A DNA stretch of 64,000 nucleotides from the human T2T-CHM13v2.0 reference genome, Homo sapiens, in NCBI RefSeq assembly GCF_009914755.1, contig NC_060927.1; one strand, given 5' to 3'. Positions 26,821 to 42,735 of this stretch are shown in pieces. The notes beneath the pieces are model-generated. The model made no database searches. It saw only the letters and a list, made by a program, of their open reading frames with translations, and was not told the origin of the DNA. Position 1 is the stretch's first letter, and every line of letters starts with the position of its first letter. The position numbers were made by a program, and so were the translations under genes.

Positions 26821-27206
26821 TGAGATTTTCTGTCTCTGATCCCATGCAGCTAGTAATCAAGGACTTGGCTGCTGACTCTGGAGGACCTGCATGCTTTCTT
26901 GAGCTGTGAACTTCAGTGCTAAAAGCTCATAGGCAGCCCTGAAACCCAAACCAAAAGGTTCTATGGTTTATCATCCCGATCATGTTGATTTTATAGAAAT
27001 AACACATGAATTAAAGACACTACCCTCAAACTGAGCAAAACTTAAGTAATTTTTTTAAAGTTTGACCTGTTTTTAAATCACTCTTGGAGAAAAAGGAAAA
27101 TAAATACAAATAATTAACGGTGAATACAGGCTACTATACCTTTGTTCTCCAGAATTAGCAGTTCTGTTCTTTTCTTGCTTTAGATGCTGAAGTGCAGAAG
27201 GACACT

Positions 27207-28321
27207 CTGTGATTGTACGTGTGTAACTGACAAAATGTGTATTTTTTTTCTCAGCTGCTATGGATTGGATTATGCTATTATGAATAAGAATGCTGATGGG
27301 AGCACACACAAACCATTTGTTCCTCAGTCCATTTTCCTCCTCAAAAGCCTGGAATGTGCCATTGATCAGTGGGAGATGTACCTGGACAGACCCATGAAAA
27401 GAGATCAACAAGTTCCACCCAAGGGACCCTATTTTTCCTAATTTCATTTGAAATGGCTTCTAATTGTCCTTCTTTCATTCCTGCTTCCTACCAGTTTTAC
27501 AGCTTTTTCTGGTTTCAAATGTGAACTCACATACACTCTCATTTTTCCTCATCACAACCCCAAGTGACCCAATGGTCCTCACTTTCGATATAAGTAAAGG
27601 AGGCTCTGCATTAAGGGCTTGTCCAAGGCACGCAGCTGAGAGGCGCTAGGACTGGCTCCATTTCCATCTCTATTCTCACTGACTTTGACTACCCAGAACC
27701 CCAACATGTGGGGCCTCAGTATTCGATCAATTATTCTATTAAGAAGCAAAAACAATTCCCCGCATTGGCCCCAGTTATTAAGCATTTCTCAGATTTACCT
27801 TGAGAAATGCCCATCGGCCTGTATATTCACATCTTCACCCTTGTCCCTTCCTCCTAGAAAGGAGAAAGTCAGTTGGATGCCCTCTGAGGAACTAGTGCAT
27901 GGCTTAACTGTCCTTCCATGACTCCTGCCTTATCTGTTTTCTATTTTCCTCCTTTTCCACCGAAGTCTATAATCTCAAGAAAAGCAGGCACTGGCCTTAG
28001 GGCTCCTGGCCTAAGAAATATCAAGTCCAGTGAGAAATCCCATTGACTGACCCCTCCTGCTTACCCCTTTGTGATGGAGAAGCTCCCAGGGGTTTGCTTT
28101 TTGCATGTTACCAGGCCTAACTCAGCATCACCAGGGGCAAGAAAAGGAAAGTAACCTAAACTAATGCTGCTTATAATTGTAATTATTGTAATAGTTAATT
28201 ACTGTGATTGTACATGTGTAACAGACAAAATGTGTATTTTTTTCACAGCTGCTGTGGATTGGATTATGCCATTTGGAATAAGAATGCTGTTAAGAGCACA
28301 CAAGCCAGGTTCCTCAAGTCC
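27207..28321 (+). repeat. Dispersed direct repeat ~120 bp (27207-27330 and 28202-28321)
   Basis: ctgtgattgtac.tgtgtaac.gacaaaatgtgtattttttt..cagctgct.tggattggattatgc...aataagaatgctg...agcacaca...gttcctca in both copies. Confidence 0.95.
28266..28317 (+). CDS. CCR3: CCR3 alternative exon (28249-28308 or -28317) encoding N-terminal extension MPFGIRMLLRAHKPG(SSR)RSE, giving 373/376 aa isoforms
   Basis: Acceptor tttttttcacag| at 28248; ATG at 28266. Donors at 28309 (CAG|GT) and 28318 (CAA|GT) both splice in frame to 29010 (GG AGA AGT GAA ATG). This matches my recollection of the annotated longer CCR3 isoforms. Confidence 0.75.
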
Positions 28322-29020
28322 GTAGCAAATTTTTCAAAAGTTAAATTTAAAAATCACTACATTTGAATCTAGTGACAGGAGAAATGGACATGGATAGAGA
28401 CTAAAGATCTAGCCCAAATTTTATATTTACTTGTTAGAGGATTTTGAACAAATTACTAAATTTCTTCAAGGTTCAATTTCCCCATTAACTATAATGAATG
28501 GCTCATCATTATGGGGCCCTGGAGAAGCATAATTACTTGTAATTGTAATAATCATTGTTATTATTATTATACATATTTTGCTTTTAAATGGATAAGGATT
28601 TTTAAGGTATATGTAAACTGTAAAACATAAAATGCAAAATGCCGTAAGAGACAGTAGTAATAATAATGATTATTATATTGTTATCATTATCTAGCCTGTT
28701 TTTTCCTGTTTTGTATTTCTTCCTTTAAATGCTTTCAGAAATCTGTATCCCCATTCTTCACCACCACCCCACAACATTTCTGCTTCTTTTCCCATGCCGG
28801 GTCATGCTAACTTTGAAAGCTTCAGCTCTTTCCTTCCTCAATCCTTTTCCTGGCACCTCTGATATGCCTTTTGAAATTCATGTTAAAGAATCCCTAGGCT
28901 GCTATCACATGTGGCATCTTTGTTGAGTACATGAATAAATCAACTGGTGTGTTTTACGAAGGATGATTATGCTTCATTGTGGGATTGTATTTTTCTTCTT
29001 CTATCACAGGGAGAAGTGAA

Positions 29021-30088
29021 ATGACAACCTCACTAGATACAGTTGAGACCTTTGGTACCACATCCTACTATGATGACGTGGGCCTGCTCTGTGAAAAAGC
29101 TGATACCAGAGCACTGATGGCCCAGTTTGTGCCCCCGCTGTACTCCCTGGTGTTCACTGTGGGCCTCTTGGGCAATGTGGTGGTGGTGATGATCCTCATA
29201 AAATACAGGAGGCTCCGAATTATGACCAACATCTACCTGCTCAACCTGGCCATTTCGGACCTGCTCTTCCTCGTCACCCTTCCATTCTGGATCCACTATG
29301 TCAGGGGGCATAACTGGGTTTTTGGCCATGGCATGTGTAAGCTCCTCTCAGGGTTTTATCACACAGGCTTGTACAGCGAGATCTTTTTCATAATCCTGCT
29401 GACAATCGACAGGTACCTGGCCATTGTCCATGCTGTGTTTGCCCTTCGAGCCCGGACTGTCACTTTTGGTGTCATCACCAGCATCGTCACCTGGGGCCTG
29501 GCAGTGCTAGCAGCTCTTCCTGAATTTATCTTCTATGAGACTGAAGAGTTGTTTGAAGAGACTCTTTGCAGTGCTCTTTACCCAGAGGATACAGTATATA
29601 GCTGGAGGCATTTCCACACTCTGAGAATGACCATCTTCTGTCTCGTTCTCCCTCTGCTCGTTATGGCCATCTGCTACACAGGAATCATCAAAACGCTGCT
29701 GAGGTGCCCCAGTAAAAAAAAGTACAAGGCCATCCGGCTCATTTTTGTCATCATGGCGGTGTTTTTCATTTTCTGGACACCCTACAATGTGGCTATCCTT
29801 CTCTCTTCCTATCAATCCATCTTATTTGGAAATGACTGTGAGCGGAGCAAGCATCTGGACCTGGTCATGCTGGTGACAGAGGTGATCGCCTACTCCCACT
29901 GCTGCATGAACCCGGTGATCTACGCCTTTGTTGGAGAGAGGTTCCGGAAGTACCTGCGCCACTTCTTCCACAGGCACTTGCTCATGCACCTGGGCAGATA
30001 CATCCCATTCCTTCCTAGTGAGAAGCTGGAAAGAACCAGCTCTGTCTCTCCATCCACAGCAGAGCCGGAACTCTCTATTGTGTTTTAG
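29021..30088 (+). CDS. CCR3: C-C chemokine receptor type 3 (eotaxin receptor, class A GPCR), 355 aa, single coding exon
   Basis: The [24 protein letters not shown]...AEPELSIVF* has 7 hydrophobic segments plus [15 protein letters not shown] and NPVIY motifs, and is recognised as human CCR3. ATG is at 29021, 11 nt after a polypyrimidine/CAG acceptor (28989-29009). The ORF-track start at 28979 is intronic. Confidence 0.99.
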
Positions 30089-30449
30089 GTCAGATGCAGA
30101 AAATTGCCTAAAGAGGAAGGACCAAGGAGATGAAGCAAACACATTAAGCCTTCCACACTCACCTCTAAAACAGTCCTTCAAACTTCCAGTGCAACACTGA
30201 AGCTCTTGAAGACACTGAAATATACACACAGCAGTAGCAGTAGATGCATGTACCCTAAGGTCATTACCACAGGCCAGGGGCTGGGCAGCGTACTCATCAT
30301 CAACCCTAAAAAGCAGAGCTTTGCTTCTCTCTCTAAAATGAGTTACCTACATTTTAATGCACCTGAATGTTAGATAGTTACTATATGCCGCTACAAAAAG
30401 GTAAAACTTTTTATATTTTATACATTAACTTCAGCCAGCTATTGATATA

Positions 30450-30553
30450 AATAAAACATTTTCACACAATACAATAAGTTAACTATTTTATTTTCTAATG
30501 TGCCTAGTTCTTTCCCTGCTTAATGAAAAGCTTGTTTTTTCAGTGTGAATAAA
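30450..30553 (+). terminator. Candidate CCR3 polyadenylation signals (AATAAA at 30450 and 30548)
   Basis: Canonical hexamers 360-460 nt after the stop. The first is followed by T-rich sequence. Which one is used cannot be determined here. Confidence 0.55.
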
Positions 30554-30799
30554 TAATCGTAAGCAACATAATGGCATGCCATTCCTGTTCTAAATATTCT
30601 TCATAGTTTGTTGATTTCCTGTTCACACTGAATGACAAAATTTCCCATGGGTGACTCACAGAGCCCTGAGAAGTGTGCACTGTCCTCTTAATGCCAATCT
30701 GACATTGCAGAGGAGGCCAGGGCCTCCTGTACATATGAAGTAGCCCGGGTATGGAGCGGGGAGGTGTTGGGCTTGCAGGGACTCTCGGCACCTGTAGCT

Positions 30800-30990
30800 C
30801 AGTGGCTCTCAAACTTGTCATCAGAAGCACCTGGAAGTTGTGTGAAAATGTGGATGGCTGGACCCCACCCAAGAGTTCCTGATTCAGCGGATCTAGAATG
30901 AGACACAAGAATGTGCTTAGCATCACTAGCAAGTTTTCTGGTGATGCTGATGATGCTGGTCCTGGAACCACGCTTTTAGAACAACTGCCC
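30800..30990. mobile_element. MER5-type MITE
   Basis: cagtggctctcaaactt...catcagaagcacctgga...ggtgatgctgatgatgctggtcc...tagaacaactg. Confidence 0.75.
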
Positions 30991-32147
30991 TAGCTAAAAT
31001 GTCTGGACATTCCAGACCCATCCTTGAAATTGCAGATTTTAGTGTCAGAAGGAAATGTAAAATACCCTTGTGATCTAGGCTCTGCCAAAAACAATCACCA
31101 CCCAGGACAGCGTATGTATGTCAGTTCATCGTAAACCAATCAGTTTAGTGGGTCTTTCTACTCCATCATTTTTATTTAGTTGAGCTTTTCTTGAGTGCCT
31201 ATATTTAATACCCTGCCCTAGAAGCTATAGTAGATACAAAGATGAGTATGACTTTGTGTGAGCTACATCCTAAGGAGGAAAACATGCAACTTATGATGTA
31301 AAAGTATCCCCCACAAAAAAGTAGGAATGGCTCAGGTCTCCATTCCCTTTGGTTCTGCCTAGTTATGGCTTCTAGGGGAAGTAAGTTCTAAGCTTCTGAT
31401 TAACTTATGCCTCTCAGTAGAGATCATATGACTGTGCAATGTGAGCCTTGCCAGCTCTCCATCCAACAGCTGTCTGTTAGGTGATCCGGACAGGGTGCAC
31501 AAACACTGCTTCAGGTTAAGTGAAAGATGCAAAAATGTGTAAGACAAGCACAATCCCTGCCCCTATGAAACCTTCAGTCTAGAAGGTGTATAAGATGGAA
31601 ACAAACAACTCTGGTGCAAAGGGGTAGACACTCAATGCTATGCCTGGGCCAGGAAGGGAAAAACGACTTCTTGTGGGAACGTGAGGGGAGGAAGATTTCA
31701 TGGAGGAAGTAGCTTTTGAGCAGTTTTCTGAAAGAAAGGCAGGATTTAGAAAGGGAGAGAATTTGGGAGAAGGCACCTTTAACCCAAGGGAATGCCCCAT
31801 CCCAAGGGGAGAGAGGAGGGTATGCATATTTGTGGACAGGAGGGTGGCATGGGCAGGGTAGGGTGGGCCATGAACTTCACACAAGGGGAGCTATGGAAGG
31901 GTTTAGAGCAGGGGAGAAAAACAATGTAGGAAGATACATCTGGTAACACATAGAGCATGGAGGGGAGGCCTCAGAACCATGCAGGAGGGAAGTTAGGAGG
32001 TGAGTGCAAGTTTGGAGGCAAGGAAAGATCAGCAGCTGGTAAGAGAGGTTCCAGGAGCACTCAGGAGAATTTGACCAAGAGATAGCATGAAGGATGAATT
32101 AAAGCACTAGGAGTGATATATGGCTGAGTGCAAAAATCAAAGGGCAA

Positions 32148-32448
32148 GGCTGGGCATGGTGGCTCATGCCTGTAATCCCAGCACTTTGGGAGGCCGAGGC
32201 AGGCGGATCACGAGGTCAGGAGATAGAGACCATGCTGGCCAACATGGCAAAACCCTATCTTTACTAAAGTACAAAAATTAGCTGGGTGTGGTGGCAGGTA
32301 CCTGTAATCCCAGCTACTCAGGAGGCTGAGGCAGGAGAATCACTTGAACCCGGGAGGCAAGTTTGCAGTGAGCCGAGATGGCGCCACTGCACTTCAGCCT
32401 GAGTGACAAGAGCAAGACGTTGTAAAAAATTTTAAAAAATGAAAATAT
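32148..32448 (+). mobile_element. Alu (AluS-like)
   Basis: Full dimer; 15-bp TSD AAAATCAAAGGGCAA (32133-32147 / 32449-32463). Confidence 0.97.
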
Positions 32449-32491
32449 AAAATCAAAGGGCAAAGCAGAGTGTATCATATGCTTAAACACA

Positions 32492-32492
<1 letters not shown>

Positions 32493-32535
<43 letters not shown>
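32493..32535. repeat. (CA)n microsatellite, ~21 units
   Basis: Perfect AC run 2.4 kb downstream of the CCR3 stop. Confidence 0.98.
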
Positions 32536-32540
<5 letters not shown>

Positions 32541-33181
32541 TACTCTGTACTTAGGTGTATAGACCATCTCTCTAAGGATACAAAAGAAACCAGTACCAAT
32601 ATGGGGTGGCTGGAGAAGAGGAAAAGAAGCATGAGTTTTTGTGCCTTCTGGATTTTCAATCATGGGGACATACTTCTCATTCAAAAAATAAATACAACCT
32701 TAGAATGATATAAAAAATAAAAGGCTAGGCTGCTATGTAGATGTTCAGAAGTAGGCATACGTCCTACCAGCCATAAGGAGATTAGAAGCCTCCTGCCATG
32801 AATTAATCCTGTGACCTGGCACAAATTATTTGGCCTCTTTTGGCCCCAATTTCCTCATCCATATAATAAAAAAGTTGGATTAAATCATCTCTAAGGCCCC
32901 TCTGTGGCCCAAGTAGACTCTAATCTTGCTAAAATGTTAGGAGCTGGAGGCTCTAAGTTTACAAAATATATGATAAAAAAAAAAAAGGAGGAGAAGAGTG
33001 GTGGACAAGCCCACAGCATTACCTCCATTGGTCGTGAGGCCAGGCATGGTTCCCACTGTTCACTAAGGGGTACTCAGGTTTTGTTCATTCATTTGGTCAT
33101 TTACCATTCAGCAAACATTTGCTGAGCATCCACCATGTTCTTAGCTAAGTTCTGAGGAAACAAACAAGGGCACACCCACAG

Positions 33182-33282
33182 GTGTCCAATTCAGTCTGAC
33201 AGTGAGCTCCTTGGGGATGTCCAATTCAATCTCAACTTGGATGCTGCCTGCAGGGGGCTCACCATCAGACTGAATTGGACAC
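33182..33282. repeat. Hairpin-forming inverted repeat, ~29 bp arms
   Basis: gtgtccaattcagtctgacagtgagctcc versus ggggctcaccatcagactgaattggacac; 18 perfect terminal pairs. Confidence 0.9.
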
Positions 33283-33842
33283 TGCTCTTGTTCTCCACTG
33301 CCAGAGTTCATGATCATGCCTTATAAAGGAATTACCAATGCTTGAATTCAACCCAGATGAAAGTTCCACGTGAAGACCAGAAGACATTTTTTATTTCCCA
33401 ATCCAATGCTTGGAGAAAGGGAGTGCATTCTCTTGGTCATGATTCCATCCATCCTCACCCTCTGGTGAGTGGCCTGGCCTTTTGTCACTGTCTTGCCTAT
33501 CTAAGAGCTCTGCATGGCCAACACAGGATGTGAACTCTGTAACACTCTAAACCACGCAACATGAATCTCAATTTGGCTAGGACAATTTGAAGTACGTCTC
33601 TTTTTTGTGGTTCAGCCAAAATGTAAATAAAACAATCATTTAAAAACTGAACTACACATCACTGGTTCTCTCTTGCATTATGAAGTTGCATCTGCCTTAG
33701 GTAACCACAAGTGCAGGATAGAGATGCTTGTTCATACCATACTCCTCTTACCCTTGAAAGCTTTTAGGAGCTTTTTGACTCTCTCAAACTTCACATAACC
33801 AAATCATGAATTGGTGTGTGCTGCTTTGTTCCCCATCCCAGC

Positions 33843-34040
33843 TCTGTTCAAGAACTATAGAAATACACTGAGAGAAATGTTCTATATCTGCACTGTCCAA
33901 TATGATCGCCACATGCAGCTATTGAGCACTTGAGCACTTGAAATGTGGCTTAGGTGGCTAAGGCACTGAATTTTTAAATTTTATTCAATTTAAATTACTT
34001 TGGATTTAAATTTAAATGGCCACATTGGTAGTGGTGCAGC
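33843..34040 (+). mobile_element. MER3-like hAT-Charlie MITE
   Basis: gaaatgttctatatctgcactgtccaatat...gctattgagcacttgaaatgtggct...tttaaatggccaca. Confidence 0.8.
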
Positions 34041-34314
34041 AGCAGCCCCTTCAAACCTGCCTCTTGACCCCTCCTCTACCTATGCATCCAGCACCCTGTA
34101 GCCCTCAAACACATGCCCTGAACACTGCACAATAGGGAAAATCCTGGTGATGCAAAATGAACGAGATCCATTTCTAGAACACTCACTCACCGTTCAGTGG
34201 AAGAGACCCACCTGATTCCTGTGGCTGTAATGAAACATGAGGGGTGCCTGAAGGACACTGCTGCAGAGAGTAGGATGGAGACATTGAAGAAAGGTGCACA
34301 GAGAAGGTGTCTTT

Positions 34315-34740
34315 CTGCTTAGATGGGGTTCCTCCAGGCAGAGACCCTGAGCAAGGATTTGAGAGCAAAAAGTTTATTTGCAAAGTGCAGGAAACTCCAG
34401 TAGGGAAGTGAGGAAGTAAAATAGGGAGGGAGGAGAAGATGCGAACAAGGGTACATTATCCAGCCATTTTTCACAGGGGGTGACTGGAGTTAAAGCCACT
34501 AGGGAACTCTGGGAGACAGTACAACACACTTCTCCTGATTTGAGGGGTGAGGGAGTTGGGGTATTTATAATCCACTCCTGTCAGTCATTGGCCGAGGATT
34601 GCTCCTGGGGGATGTTAATCCCCAGCACTTCCTGCTGGCCTTGCTAGGGCAGGAGGCCTTCCCAGCTTTGGAGAACATTCCTGGGGCAACAAGATGTAGA
34701 TGCTGGATGTTGGAAGACAGTTGGGCATGCTTGGTTAAGG
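34315..34740. mobile_element. Old MLT1-type MaLR LTR
   Basis: ggggttcctccaggcagagaccctgagcaaggatttgagagcaaaaagtttatttg is a typical MLT1 opening; subfamily not assigned. Confidence 0.55.
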
Positions 34741-35225
34741 CTTGAGAAATAAAGCATTTGCTACGCATTTGAACTAGTGTTAGAACAGTTTTTCATGAAG
34801 CAGATGGTGGGAGTGAGAGTAGCATCCAGGCAGGTGGGTCAGTTTGTTGGAAGGCACAGTGGCACAAAAGTGACCCACAGATGCCTGCTCTGGTGATGCC
34901 TAGTGTGACATTGGGCAATGACAGATGCCCTTGAATGTGCCTCTCTGTTTTCTTCCCTGGCTGCTTTACTCCTCCTCCTTTTGTTCAGCATCATAATCTG
35001 CTATTTCAGAAGATGGTCCCTTTCCAGCTTGAGTTCCTGAGATGTTCTCCAGATTCTAGAGCTAAAATTCTAAAGGCTTCATATCTCCTGAACAAAGCAG
35101 TTTCTGGTCCTTTCTAGCCTATGGACTGTAAAAAACTTCACTGAGGTTTTCATCCACTTCTTCCCAGGTAAATCCCCAGTGTAGTTAGGGTCACCATTCT
35201 TCTTTTGCTAGTCTCTGACCTAATC

Positions 35226-35440
35226 CAGGGCTCGGACAAGGACCTGCAGGACAAACCTGGCCCACTGCCTGTTTTGTAAATAGAGTGTCACTGGAACACA
35301 GCCAGGCTCATTTTTTTATGCATCGTCTGTGGCTGCTTTTGCACTACTATGAGAGTTGAATAGTTGCAACAGAGACTGTATAGCCCATAAATCCTAAAAT
35401 ATTTACTTTTCTATCCTTTACAGAATAAGTTTCCTGACTC
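35226..35440 (+). mobile_element. MER58-type hAT-Charlie MITE
   Basis: ggcccactgcctgttttgtaaatagagtgtcactggaacacagcc...gttgcaacagagactgtatagccc. Confidence 0.8.
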
Positions 35441-36944
35441 CTGATAATCCACAGGACTTGGCTCTCCTCAGCCATGAGGAGGAGAGGAGGAGAGAGAACG
35501 GGTTGTCGGGGGGAAAACTTGGAGTGTGAGGTGATCAAGCCACTTAAGTCCCCAGGTTAGTTTTTCCTTGAGCCTGGATGCAGTACAAAGCAAGCAAAAT
35601 AGGGTTCAATTGTATATTAGTCAAATGTTTCTCACTAATGCAAAACACTAACAGTATGCACCAAGATATATTGGAAGTTTTTATTGAGGCAGTAGGGTCC
35701 TTTAAATACTGTATCCCAAAGTAGACTATAAGATAATTTCCAAAGGAATTGTAAAAACAGATTTCACAACTCTTGAGACCCCTCACTTATAAGGGGGACA
35801 AAGGGATTGGATTGATTGATGAAATTAAGGAGGTATTTGAAAAGTTTTTTGTAGAGGGCTACTGGTATTCAGGGATGCCTGCTTCTCACCTTAAGCCTGG
35901 TGAGAGTGATGCCAATGGCACCACCTGAGAGCTCAGTAGGAGTCACCAGAGTTAAAGAAGCACCACGCATCAGCATCTGACTCACATCCAGGAAATCTGG
36001 AGACAAGGAACAGGCCAGCCAGCTGCACTGGGGGTAGGGTGGAGGAGAACTGCCATTACTTTTGGAGGGATCTATACTTCTAGAGATGATTTTGGCCAAG
36101 AATGTAGAATTCTTTATATGGGCCAGATCCCAGAGAGCTGACTGGAGGATTTCCAATCCTGCCCTGTGGACCCCAACAGCATATGTGTATGCAGTGGCCT
36201 GCCAAAACGACAGGATGATGGGAGGTTGAAAGCCAGGGAAAATGCATTTTTTAAAAACTAACAGGAGTTACATTGAATATTTCGAGGAATGACGCCAATG
36301 ACTCTACCAAAGCAGCCCATGAGAGAAATGATTAAGTTGTAAACATCCACCAGCCCCAGAAAGGACGACACCATCTTATGACAGGACCAGTCAAACAAAA
36401 ACTTTCCTAACACCAACCCTTTTTCCCTTCCCAGCTCCCACACAGTGAGAGGGTGAGAATCCATGCTTAGCAAACTGGGGAGGTGTCAAAATGCAGGACA
36501 GAGAGAAAAATAGACAGGGTTGTGCCCCGCTCCTCTCTCCCACAAGTGGTTATCCCTCAGCCAGCTGGGTGAGCTGGGAAAGTGGGGAAGATTTCAGTGT
36601 CAAATCAAATGGAGTTTTGATTATTATATGGGGATCAGCTTTTTAATTTTTGAATTGAAATTGTCCTTTTTTGACCTCAAATGATGCTGGGATTTTTTGT
36701 ACCTAAGCATAATGACGAAAGCCGTGGGACTGCCGGAATTTTCATTCAGGGATTCAAGTATAGAAGAACTTCAGCCTCTAATTCAGTTTAAAGAGATAGT
36801 GAGGAACAAAAGTAAAGTTTACATCCCATGAATTCTGCCAGTTCAGCATACTGCTGGCAAATCCAGGCCCCCAAGTTTCAGCTCTCTGAGATCCACATAG
36901 GCTCACATGAATTGACAGGACTGAACTGTAGGTCTTCAATGAAC

Positions 36945-39928
<2,984 letters not shown>

Positions 39929-39951
39929 GGCTTTGATATTAAAGATACATA

Positions 39952-40202
39952 GGCCAGGCATGGTGGCTCATGCCTGTAATCCCAACACTTTGGGAGGCTG
40001 AGACCAGCCTGGGCAACATGGCAAGACCTAGGTCTCTACGAAAAATAAACAAAAATTAGCTGGGTGTGGGGGTGCATGGCTGTAGTCCCAGCTACTAAGG
40101 AGACTGAGACAAGGGGATCACTTGAGACTAGGAGTGCAGTGAGCTGAGATCCCACCACTGCACTCCATCCTGGGTGATAGAGCAAAACCCTGTCTCAAAA
40201 AA
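39952..40202 (+). mobile_element. Alu (AluJ-like, internal deletions)
   Basis: TSD AAAGATACATA; the left arm jumps ggaggctgag->accagcctgg. Confidence 0.9.
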
Positions 40203-41996
40203 AAAGATACATATAGATATAGATTTAGATATGGACATAAATAAGGATATGGATATGGGCTTGAATAAGAAAATACCTAATGATGTCTTTAAAATCCTGT
40301 ATACTTGAATTTTGCCTACTTCAAGGTTAACCTCTCCTAGCTAAGCAAGAACTAGTCCACTGGGCGCTGCCCAATGCCCACGAGAAGAGCCGCCCCTTGA
40401 AGTCAAGACTTTCTTTCACTAAGGAAGGCCTCTCAATTTTTTTCAGACAGGACAACCTTCTCCCTGGCTCAGTTCCAGGTCCTGGTCAGATGAGCCCCAC
40501 CTCAGATGAGTCCTTCACTTGCTGGCATCAGCGTCCCAGACAGTTGCAGTGGGGGAACCTGAACACCAGGGGGTGTTGGCCGGTGGCAGAGAGGAGCTAG
40601 CTCTGCACAGTTCTTCAGTCAGTAGAGGGTGTGCCCGAGGGCTAGGAGGGAGGTGAGGTTTGATAATACAACAAGAAACTCAGGAATGCCTAAATCTGAT
40701 ATTGTCCAACTGTGTTGCAAAACGTGGGGGATGCCATCTGTATCCCCAGGAATTGTGCAAGGCCGTGACTGCAGGAAGAAAGCAACAGAAGATAGGAAAC
40801 AGGGTACACCTTGTTATCTGGGCGAATTCCTAGCTCCTTTGGATGGAGGGCTTTGGTAAAGCTGTGTGTGGCTCAAGGTCTACATATTCCCCTACATCCC
40901 ATTAAACCAAAATTCAAATTATATTCCAGAAGACCATGGCCAATCCCACAGCAATGGGCATGCTAAAAACACGTGTGAATATAAGAGGACAAAGAAAAGC
41001 AAGAGAGCAGCACCTGCCCCTGTGAGCCACAGCCTGGTTCAACCCACCACTGCCTGGAAGGGAAAGCAGTAGACTTGCTAGTGCTTGTGTGGGACCTTTT
41101 AACACTCAGAGACCCCAACCGCTCGTAAATGTGGCCCAGTCCATGTTCTGAAATCTGACGATCAGAACAGCAACTCCTCTGACCTGGGACAAGTGAGGAT
41201 GGATGGAGAGGCCGACATCTTCCTCATCCTATGTTGTTCAATCCAGATGCTGTTCAAACCCCAATTGATCTCATGTATGGCACACCTTCTCCCACCCTTT
41301 TCCCCTTCAGACCTTGGGCTGGTAATAAATCCCTGCTGTTACTCACCTCATGGGATGGTATTCTCACTTTATGCTGCTAGTCCCTTTGTAAATAGCCCCT
41401 TTATTAAAGTGTCCTCAAATTGCCCTGTTTGAGTGTCAGTTGTTTGCTGCTGGGACTCTGAGTGACACAAGGTGACCACATACAGCACAGGAAAAGAAAC
41501 TGGTCATTAAAAAATTTGTGGTAAATGTCAAGTGAGTGTTCAGGGAAGACTTCTTATAGGAGGAGAGGCCAGACTGGGTCTTAAAAGACAGGAAGTGACA
41601 CCCCTGAGGAGAGTCGTGGGAGGGGGATAAGCAAAGGCAGAGTTGGGAACGAACAAAGAATGTTTAGAAGAGAGAAATTGGGCAGGTGGGAGAGAGTTCT
41701 GGAAGCAAGGGCACTTTGATGCCAGAACTAAGAAACTTAAATGCCAAGACTTTGAAACCTATCAGCAGCAGGGAGTGATGCTGCTATAGACACAGGCTGG
41801 GGAGTTTGCCTGGCTCGCAATGATCCCCACAGTGGCCACCCCCAGGTTCCTCCCACAGCCTCTTCATTTATTTGATCCAAGGGGGAATTGATGGTAGCCT
41901 GACCTAAGCTAGGCCAATTGGATTTGAAAACTCAAATGAAGACATACAGAGATGGTTGAGACTGATTGATTCTATGTCTAAAGAAAGGCTACATGG

Positions 41997-42735
<739 letters not shown>

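Larger units (their letters stand above)
29010..30575 (+). other. CCR3: CCR3 terminal exon (11 nt 5'UTR, CDS, 3'UTR); 3' end approximate
   Basis: Acceptor ttttcttcttctatcacag|G at 29009/29010; AATAAA at 30450-30455 and 30548-30553. Confidence 0.8.

Noticed and set aside
28979-29020. 369-aa ORF-track version of CCR3 with leader [14 protein letters not shown]
   Set aside because: It starts at a GTG inside the intron's polypyrimidine tract. The acceptor is at 29009/29010 and the real start is ATG 29021.
29033-30229. Antisense and alternate-frame ORFs over CCR3 (98, 102, 135, 90 aa)
   Set aside because: Shadow ORFs of a coding exon, with no recognisable domain or independent gene signals.
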